Below are positions 17,422 through 24,637 of a stretch of DNA of 24,637 nt, in pieces. The DNA lies in NCBI GenBank assembly GCA_012512295.1, contig JAAZDI010000044.1, forward strand, positions 1-24,637, written 5' to 3'. This DNA comes from Syntrophomonadaceae bacterium. Lineage in GTDB: Bacteria; Bacillota; Ch66; Ch109. The stretch's first letter is position 1. The number at the start of each line of letters is the position of its first letter. Below the pieces are notes generated by a model. That model was not told the DNA's origin. It made no database searches and saw only the letters and a list, made by a program, of their open reading frames with translations. The position numbers and the translations under genes were made by a program.

Positions 17422-18540
17422 TTAGCAATGATCTTTCGTCGACCAATTGGCAATTATTCCAGCCCGCCGCAAAGCCTGAAAAACAACAAGGGTTACTGGT
17501 CCTAGGATCATACCCAAAATACCACCGGCTTTAAGTCCAACAAAAAGACCGACCAATGTGGCTAAGGGATGTAACCCAATATTATTCGCGACGATTTTTG
17601 GCTCTAATAACTGGCGTACTATCGAAATAATAGCATAAAGAAACATCAGTTTACAACCAAAGCTAACATTTCCTATAGCAATTGTCCAAAGTGACCATGG
17701 AATAAATAGAGTTCCGGGACCTATAATCGGCAAGATATCCAGCAATCCGCCAACTAGAGCAATAGTAAGGGCATACTCAACTCCCAGGATCCTTAAACCA
17801 ATAACCGTTATAACCCCGGTTATAGATATTAAGATCAGCTGAGCTCTAAAAAAGCCGACTAAGGCACTACCTAAATCTCTTATCACGATTCGTCCCCGGT
17901 CGAACCAATCCGAAGAAACCCAACCGAAAAGCGTTTGGTAAATTAGTTCCCGATCTCGGCTAATAAAAAAAGTCGAAATCGTCGCAATTAAGAAAATGGT
18001 AAAGAAACCGGGCAAGGCCCCCAAAAACCCAATAAGGGCATTCATAACCCCCTGAACCAGGGTTTGAATTCCCCCCACCAAACTTCCCGCGTTTTGTTGC
18101 AGGGTTTCTGCAACTTGAGGCGGAATTGGTAATCGAAGATAAAAGGTTTGCCAATTCTCAACTAAGCTGACGATACTCTGACTCAGACCGGCCGATGAGG
18201 AAGACAGTAATCGGTATAACTCTATTAATTCATGTGCCAGGCGGCTTACTACACCGGCCAGAACTAAGGCTACGGTACCCCATACGACCACCAGGGCAAA
18301 TAAAACAGCAATTCCCCGGGATAATTTAAACTTTAACTGAAGCCTCCTTACTATAGGCTCAATCAATAATGACATGACCAATGCTAAAATAAAAGGTGAA
18401 AAATAAACTGGGAGCTGAGTTATGAAGTGAAAAATATAAGGTACAACGTAATATAAAGCCAGGTAGCCAGCTACCAGACCTACTGTAATAATGCTAAAAC
18501 GAACCAGGATTATGACATGTTTTAAGAGGGTTGGGTCCAT
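17422..18540 (-). CDS. ytvI: Sporulation integral membrane protein YtvI (AI-2E transporter family)
   Basis: Multi-TM protein with PFILALVMSLLIEP, LDILPIIGPG..IPW and RQLLEPKIVANNIGLHPLATL. SD GAGGTGA. Confidence 0.85.
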   Translation of the reverse strand: MDPTLLKHVIILVRFSIITVGLVAGYLALYYVVPYIFHFITQLPVYFSPFILALVMSLLIEPIVRRLQLKFKLSRGIAVLFALVVVWGTVALVLAGVVSRLAHELIELYRLLSSSSAGLSQSIVSLVENWQTFYLRLPIPPQVAETLQQNAGSLVGGIQTLVQGVMNALIGFLGALPGFFTIFLIATISTFFISRDRELIYQTLFGWVSSDWFDRGRIVIRDLGSALVGFFRAQLILISITGVITVIGLRILGVEYALTIALVGGLLDILPIIGPGTLFIPWSLWTIAIGNVSFGCKLMFLYAIISIVRQLLEPKIVANNIGLHPLATLVGLFVGLKAGGILGMILGPVTLVVFQALRRAGIIANWSTKDHC

Positions 18541-18625
18541 CTAAATCACCTCTTACCCCCAATTTACTCAAATTAAGACTATTATAATACTTATGGTAAC
18601 AAATTTATGTATTTTTCTAAAATTA

Positions 18626-19456
18626 TTAAAAAAACTTATATTTCGTATATATTTGAACAAAGAAGTAAACTGTAGGCATGACGAATAATAAACTGTCAAA
18701 ACGATCGAGAATTCCACCGTGACCGGGAATTAAGCAGCCTGAATCTTTAACCCCGGCAGAACGCTTTAAGCCCGATTCAACTAAATCTCCAGCCTGCGCC
18801 ATTGCGCTCACTACCAAGCCTAAGACAATTGAGCCGGTTAACCCCAAATCCGGCCCACCCCATCGGAAAAACTCACTAGTACTAGTTAATAGTAATGAAG
18901 TGGCAATGCAAAAAAACAGCCCGCCTAGAGCACCTTCAAGGGTCTTGCCAGGACTTAAACGTGGCCAAGGCTTCCGTTTTCCCCAATTCCTACCAGTAAA
19001 ATAGGCACCGGTATCACTCGCCCAGGTAAGGATTAAAGCCAGTACAATCCAGTAACAGCCCTGATTTAATTCCCTGACTAGGACCCAAAAACTTAATAAC
19101 ATTCCAAGATAAAAAATACCCCATAAGGTTACAGCTACATCGGCCAATTTCCACCCCGGATAACTTATAATAAATCCAAATGCAGATGCTAATAAAATAC
19201 CGACAGGTAAATAACTAAAACAACCAGGGATAAACCCACTACAATCAAGATATGCAGCAATTGGAAAAAATAGGACTAACCATCCTATCCTTCCCCTTAC
19301 TACAAAGCCGATCTTTTCCATCAAACCGATAAATTCTTTCCATCCTAACCCTACCAGAACAACAACGCCGGCGACTAATAGCCAGCCCCCGGTCCAGACT
19401 ATAAAAAGCAATAAAGGAACGCCAAAAATTGCGCTTAATATCCGTAGTTTCAACAT
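18626..19456 (-). CDS. cdsA: Phosphatidate cytidylyltransferase CdsA
   Basis: WASDTGAYFTG, SPGKTLEG, DLVESGLKRSAGVKDSG.LIPGHGGILDRFDS. Confidence 0.97.
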   Translation of the reverse strand: MLKLRILSAIFGVPLLLFIVWTGGWLLVAGVVVLVGLGWKEFIGLMEKIGFVVRGRIGWLVLFFPIAAYLDCSGFIPGCFSYLPVGILLASAFGFIISYPGWKLADVAVTLWGIFYLGMLLSFWVLVRELNQGCYWIVLALILTWASDTGAYFTGRNWGKRKPWPRLSPGKTLEGALGGLFFCIATSLLLTSTSEFFRWGGPDLGLTGSIVLGLVVSAMAQAGDLVESGLKRSAGVKDSGCLIPGHGGILDRFDSLLFVMPTVYFFVQIYTKYKFF

Positions 19457-19479
19457 ATGAGTTCCCTCTGTCTTTTCAG

Positions 19480-20259
19480 CTATAAACCGCCATAACGACG
19501 ATGACGCTTTTGATAATCTACAATGGCTTCGAACAAATGATGTTTTCGAAAATCAGGCCAAAGTACTGAACTGGTCCAAAACTCGGAGTAAGCACTCTGC
19601 CAGAGCAGAAAATTACTTAAACGTTGCTCGCCTGATGGTCGAATAACTAGATCTGGGTCAGGTAAATCCTTGGTATAAAGAAAACAACTTACTAGTTCCT
19701 CATTAATCTGTTCTAGTTTAATTTCTCCGGCCAGTACTTGTTGGGCTATCTGGCGGACCGCCTTTAAAATTTCTCGCCGCCCCCCATAGTTCAAGGCAAT
19801 ATTAAATTTCATGCCTTGATTGCCGTGGGTAACATTTTCGGCCTTATGCAAAGCTTGCTGAGCTAATAGCGGTAACTCGTCAATCTCACCCAAAATTCGC
19901 ACCTGTACTCCTTTGTGATGAAGCTCTGCTAGTTCCCTTTCCATATATTCCACTAACAGATCCATCAAAAAACTAACCTCTTCTGCCGGTCTCTTCCAAT
20001 TTTCGGTGGAAAAAGCATACACCGTCAGCACTTGAATTCCTAGCTCGCCGCAGATCGTGACTAATTCTTTCAAAGCCGACATGCCAGCTCGATGACCAGC
20101 ATATCGGGGAAGACCACGCAAAGTAGCCCAACGACCATTTCCATCCATTATTACAGCAATATGTTGTGGCAAATGATTATGATCAATTTGCGACTCCCAT
20201 TCATCTTCTGCTCGTTTTCCTCGTAACTTACGATTAAGTAAAGAATCAAAACCCGCCAC
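19480..20259 (-). CDS. uppS: Undecaprenyl diphosphate synthase (isoprenyl transferase) UppS
   Basis: HIAVIMDGNGRWA, YAFSTENWKRP, NYGGR, RPSGEQRLSNFLLWQ. GTG start after SD GGAGGGGG. Confidence 0.98.
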   Translation of the reverse strand: MAGFDSLLNRKLRGKRAEDEWESQIDHNHLPQHIAVIMDGNGRWATLRGLPRYAGHRAGMSALKELVTICGELGIQVLTVYAFSTENWKRPAEEVSFLMDLLVEYMERELAELHHKGVQVRILGEIDELPLLAQQALHKAENVTHGNQGMKFNIALNYGGRREILKAVRQIAQQVLAGEIKLEQINEELVSCFLYTKDLPDPDLVIRPSGEQRLSNFLLWQSAYSEFWTSSVLWPDFRKHHLFEAIVDYQKRHRRYGGL

Positions 20260-20320
20260 CTAAACCCCCTCCAGTTCAGACAGGATTAAACCGGACAAAG
20301 GAAATATACAGACCAAGGAT

Positions 20321-20349
20321 AAAACCCCCGAATAATTGAGGGGGTTTTT
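20321..20349 (-). terminator. Intrinsic terminator-like hairpin between the frr-linked ORF and uppS
   Basis: Minus strand AAAAA-CCCCC-TCAATTATTC-GGGGG-TTTT-AT: a 5 G-C core extended by 4 A-U pairs. The symmetric A/U flanks make it potentially bidirectional. Confidence 0.65.
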
Positions 20350-20381
20350 AGGTTGATAATCAAATGGACAACCTTACATTA

Positions 20382-20609
20382 TTAAGGCTTAAGAGTCTTA
20401 AATGGAGCAACAACAAGTTGAAAAACCTCATCAGATAGTCGTTTCTGACGTAATACTCGCCAGTTATCGAATTCATTTGAATTAGTTTTATCGGGATTAA
20501 CTTTAATCTGTTGCACCTTAAAGCCACTTTTTGTTAATAATTGTATTGCGTCTTCGATTTCCCAGGCCACTATATCCGGTATTAATAAATCGGGTTGATC
20601 GCGATCCAT
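20382..20609 (-). CDS. Small (75 aa) stand-alone PASTA-like domain protein
   Basis: ATG lies 2 nt after the frr stop, with GGAAG upstream inside frr. IPDIVAWEIEDAIQLLTKSGFKV...RVLRQ...FQLVVA resembles the PASTA pattern vPdvvGmsleeA..lL...Gl.v...Vi.Q...V.l.vs. Family assigned by eye only. Confidence 0.7.
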   Translation of the reverse strand: MDRDQPDLLIPDIVAWEIEDAIQLLTKSGFKVQQIKVNPDKTNSNEFDNWRVLRQKRLSDEVFQLVVAPFKTLKP

Positions 20610-20611
20610 AT

Positions 20612-21169
20612 TTATACTTCCATGACTTCCTGTTCTTTAGACTCAGCTAATTTATCAATGACTTTGATGATATTGTCCGTAATTTTCTGCAGGGAATCCT
20701 GTTCTCGGCGCATAATGTCTTCAGAGATCTCTCCCTTTTTTTCCCGTGCCTTTAATTGATCCATCGCATCGCGTCGAATGTTCCGGACTGCTACCCGTGC
20801 TTCCTCAGCCCTTTTTTTGATCACTTTGACTAATTCCTTGCGTCGTTCCTGGGTTAACTGGGGAATGGCGATCCGGACTACATTACCATCGCTGCTCGGA
20901 GTAATTCCCAGATCGGACTTGAGAATAGCCTTTTCAATGGCTGGAATTAGACTGCGGTCCCAGGGCTGGATAACTAGCAATCGAGGCTCAGGAACACCGA
21001 TATTCCCTACTTGATTAATCGGAGTGGGTGTACCATAATAATCCACTAACACCCGTTCTAGCAGAGCTGGATTAGCCCTGCCGGCTCTTAGTGAAGCAAA
21101 TTCCCGCTTGAGGTTATCGACACTTTTTTGCATTCTTTCTTCCGCGTCTTTAAGATATTCATCAGCCAT
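20612..21169 (-). CDS. frr: Ribosome recycling factor
   Basis: [50 protein letters not shown]. Confidence 0.99.
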   Translation of the reverse strand: MADEYLKDAEERMQKSVDNLKREFASLRAGRANPALLERVLVDYYGTPTPINQVGNIGVPEPRLLVIQPWDRSLIPAIEKAILKSDLGITPSSDGNVVRIAIPQLTQERRKELVKVIKKRAEEARVAVRNIRRDAMDQLKAREKKGEISEDIMRREQDSLQKITDNIIKVIDKLAESKEQEVMEV

Positions 21170-21173
21170 TTCT

Positions 21174-22582
<1,409 letters not shown>

Positions 22583-22638
22583 TGAACTATTCACCTCCGG
22601 CTTTATCAATAAACGTTTGAAAACGTTGTCCTATACAT

Positions 22639-22694
22639 AAAAGTAGGGATAAGAGTTAGGGAAATCTTTCCCCTCGGTCACCCCTACCCCTACT
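22639..22694 (-). terminator. Long hairpin with short U tail between rpsB and tsf (putative weak terminator or processing stem)
   Basis: On the minus strand, 22694-22680 pairs with 22656-22642 (15 bp including G-U pairs; outer AGTAGGG/CCCTACT), capped by an inner GGGAAA/TTTCCC stem and followed by a short U run. Confidence 0.55.
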
Positions 22695-22701
22695 CATTAC
22701 C

Positions 22702-23415
22702 TTATTCAGTCTGCTCCTCTACGGCCATCTGCTGTCCTTGCTTGGACTCGAGAACCGCCTCAGCTATTTTTCCAGTGAGCAGTTTAACTGCCCTGATTGC
22801 GTCATCATTACCTGGGATAACGTAATCAATTTCATCAGGATCACAATTAGTATCGACAATTGCCACTATAGGGATGCCCAGCCGACGAGCTTCTGCTACC
22901 GCAATCCGTTCTTTTCGCGGATCAATCACAAACAACGCCCCGGGTAATTCTTTCATGTCCTTGATGCCGCCTAAGAATCGGTCGAGTTTTTCCTTTTCCC
23001 CCATCAACCGAGACACTTCTTTTTTCGGAAGAACCTCAAAAGTTCCATCTTGCTCCATCCGCTCTAATTCCCTTAGACGCTGGATTCGCTTCTGAATAGT
23101 ATGAAAGTTAGTTAGCATACCACCCAACCAACGTTCATTGACATAAAACTGTTCACAACGCTGGGCTTCTTCGCGAACTGCCTCCTGAGCCTGTTTCTTC
23201 GTCCCGACAAAAAGGACGGATTTGTTTTGAGCAATTACATCGCGAATAAAAGCGTAGGCCTCCTCCACCTTACGAACGGTTTTTTGCAAGTCAATAATGT
23301 AAATCCCGTTACGTTCGGTGAAAATAAAAGGAGCCATTTTTGGATTCCAGCGTCTAGTCTGATGGCCAAAGTGTACTCCCGCTTCCAGAAGCTGTTTCAT
23401 TGAAATAACTGCCAT
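22702..23415 (-). CDS. rpsB: 30S ribosomal protein S2 (237 aa; start moved to the ATG at 23415)
   Basis: [67 protein letters not shown]. Confidence 0.99.
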   Translation of the reverse strand: MAVISMKQLLEAGVHFGHQTRRWNPKMAPFIFTERNGIYIIDLQKTVRKVEEAYAFIRDVIAQNKSVLFVGTKKQAQEAVREEAQRCEQFYVNERWLGGMLTNFHTIQKRIQRLRELERMEQDGTFEVLPKKEVSRLMGEKEKLDRFLGGIKDMKELPGALFVIDPRKERIAVAEARRLGIPIVAIVDTNCDPDEIDYVIPGNDDAIRAVKLLTGKIAEAVLESKQGQQMAVEEQTE

Positions 23416-23420
23416 AATGA

Positions 23421-23514
23421 TAACACCTCCTTCCTGGTTTTGCCTCCGTCCCCGCATTTCCCGACTTACTTTTGATAAACAAAAGCACCAGATCTAGGAT
23501 TGGGCAACGTGTGT
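23421..23514 (-). promoter_or_regulatory. rpsB (S2) leader, putative S2-binding autoregulatory RNA
   Basis: Minus strand ACACAC...CTGGT-GCTTTTG/CAAAAGT hairpin...CGGAGG-CAAAACCAG: the ACACAC start, GGU/ACC complementarity and CGGAGG typical of Bacillota rpsB leaders. Matched by eye, not by covariance model. Confidence 0.7.
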
Positions 23515-23532
23515 ATTTTTGCACCATTTATT

Positions 23533-23561
23533 AGTTTATCATATAGGATACCTGAAAGCAA
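23533..23561 (-). promoter_or_regulatory. SigA-type promoter of rpsB-tsf-pyrH-frr
   Basis: TTGCTT (23561-23556), 17-nt spacer, TAAACT (23538-23533), with an extended -10 TG, immediately upstream of the S2 leader. Confidence 0.75.
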
Positions 23562-23587
23562 ACAATTAAAGTGTTTATAATTCTTAT

Positions 23588-24397
23588 TCATCTTGCTAAA
23601 TAGTCGAAAAACTTCCTGGTATCCCTGCCGGTAAATCTATTCTTGCGATATATATCCAAAACTAGTTGAACTTCTCCCAAACCTATCCCGGTTGTTTCCG
23701 CAATCCTTAATGCTGAATAACCTTCATCAGCCATTCTACAGATTTGATCATAACTACTGCTCTGACTAGTCTGGGTCCTTGCTGCTGGATAGAGAGGGGT
23801 GACTGAGTTTGCTGGATTTTTCTCTCTCTCCTCAGATCTCTTTTGCCTCATTCCTTCTAAAGTACCCGGTCTAAACAAATCAGAATCCATCCTTGGGGAA
23901 CCGGCAATCGCCCTGTTCTCATCTATCTGAGGATAATCGGTCTCGGGGTTTTCTAAAGGTACCCATTGAACTGGCGTAACCACCACCCGACCTCTGTTAA
24001 CTTCACTTGGTTTAAGACAATTCTGGCTGGGCCCCATGTGCCTCCGGCTGGTCCGGTCTCGTTCTTGCCTAGCAACATTTTTGTATGCGCTATTATCTTG
24101 ATCAGGTGATTCTGACCATGATAACGGTCTTATCTTTTCATCATTTGCCAATTGTAGTAGAAATTCAATCTGTCCGGAAAGCTCATTTTGGATTTTACTG
24201 GAGACTCTGGTCGCCTCAACCAAAAGTCTCTCCAGGTCTTCCTTAACTAAGACACTTTCTTCAAGCAATTGATCCAAATCTTTCAGTTCCCGACTTTTTA
24301 ATTCTGGAGGCAGAGTTTCTGGCGCAGCTAATTTATTCTTATACATTATTGCTAACAAAACCCCGCCTAGGCCTAATCCTAATAAAGCCCAAACCAC
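23588..24397 (-). CDS. Membrane-anchored hypothetical protein, SwrB/DUF6115-like (N-terminal TM, coiled coil, disordered linker, C-terminal HTH-like), 269 aa
   Basis: GTG at 24397 lies 6 nt after SD AGGAGGG. Hydrophobic N-terminus VWALLGLGLGGVLLAIMY; heptad-rich LKDLDQLLEESVLVKEDLERLL; C-terminal YDQICRMADEGYSALRIAETTGIGLGEVQLVL. Its position just upstream of rpsB matches the B. subtilis sigD-swrB-rpsB junction. Confidence 0.75.
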   Translation of the reverse strand: MVWALLGLGLGGVLLAIMYKNKLAAPETLPPELKSRELKDLDQLLEESVLVKEDLERLLVEATRVSSKIQNELSGQIEFLLQLANDEKIRPLSWSESPDQDNSAYKNVARQERDRTSRRHMGPSQNCLKPSEVNRGRVVVTPVQWVPLENPETDYPQIDENRAIAGSPRMDSDLFRPGTLEGMRQKRSEEREKNPANSVTPLYPAARTQTSQSSSYDQICRMADEGYSALRIAETTGIGLGEVQLVLDIYRKNRFTGRDTRKFFDYLAR

Positions 24398-24455
24398 ACT
24401 TAGCCCTCCTGCAGCCACTCTTAAAATGATATGATAATTGTTTAACTGCTTTAAT

Positions 24456-24637
24456 TCATATGATAATATCTACTTTATTACCCAAACGAGGATCTTTAGA
24501 TGGAATAGCTAGCTGTTGTTTCTCATCTTTCTTTTTCCGGTCTCTTGGCTCCCCCTGATTCTTTCGCTCCTTTTCCTGATCAAGAATTTTACTCTCTTCA
24601 CTTTGGGGAGTTTTTTGAACACTACTTTGCCTAAGGG
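24456..24637 (-). CDS. 3' end of a small charged hypothetical protein (runs off the right edge; missing from the ORF track)
   Basis: Open frame LRQSSVQKTPQSEESKILDQEKERKNQGEPRDRKKKDEKQQLAIPSKDPRLGNKVDIII-stop (TGA at 24458-24456). The C-terminal G-N-x-V-D-I-x-I ending resembles small proteins at the end of clostridial flagellar operons. Confidence 0.65.
   Translation of the reverse strand, partial: LRQSSVQKTPQSEESKILDQEKERKNQGEPRDRKKKDEKQQLAIPSKDPRLGNKVDIII

Noticed and set aside
18541-18625. SigE- or SigA-type promoter for ytvI
   Set aside because: TATAAT has no matching -35, and the ATA...CATA spacing is shorter than the SigE consensus; not supportable as a feature.
24419-24500. SigD/FliA promoter before the SwrB-like gene
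   Set aside because: Several TAAA boxes are present, but none has a GCCGATA-like -10 at about 15-nt spacing.

Overview
The window is a conserved housekeeping gene cluster, and every supported gene lies on the minus strand. In transcription order (right to left) it contains: the 3' end of a small hypothetical gene, a membrane-anchored SwrB/DUF6115-like gene (both typical of the tail of a flagellar operon), rpsB-tsf-pyrH-frr, a 75-aa PASTA-like ORF, uppS-cdsA-ytvI-dxr-rseP-ispG-proS, an MgtC/SapB-ACT gene, polC, rimP-nusA-rnpM(ylxR)-ylxQ-infB-rbfA-nrnA, and the 5' part of truB. Gene order, polC, ytvI and strong Shine-Dalgarno (SD) sites point to a Bacillota (Clostridia-type) bacterium, probably spore-forming and flagellated; this is inference. 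I see no mobile element, CRISPR array, rRNA/tRNA gene, prophage or defence system, and no clearly new multi-gene system. The best leads are small: (1) PolC lacks its proofreading exonuclease but has an intact PHP site; (2) the terminator-like hairpin between frr and uppS has a 5' arm that also complements the uppS SD/start, next to a cytoplasmic stand-alone PASTA-like microprotein; (3) the rimP leader is long and complex, with an SD-led uORF over the attenuator and an out-of-frame SD-TTG whose stop overlaps an in-frame GTG; (4) DXR has several non-canonical active-site motif residues. All + strand ORFs in the supplied track appear to be antisense shadows.
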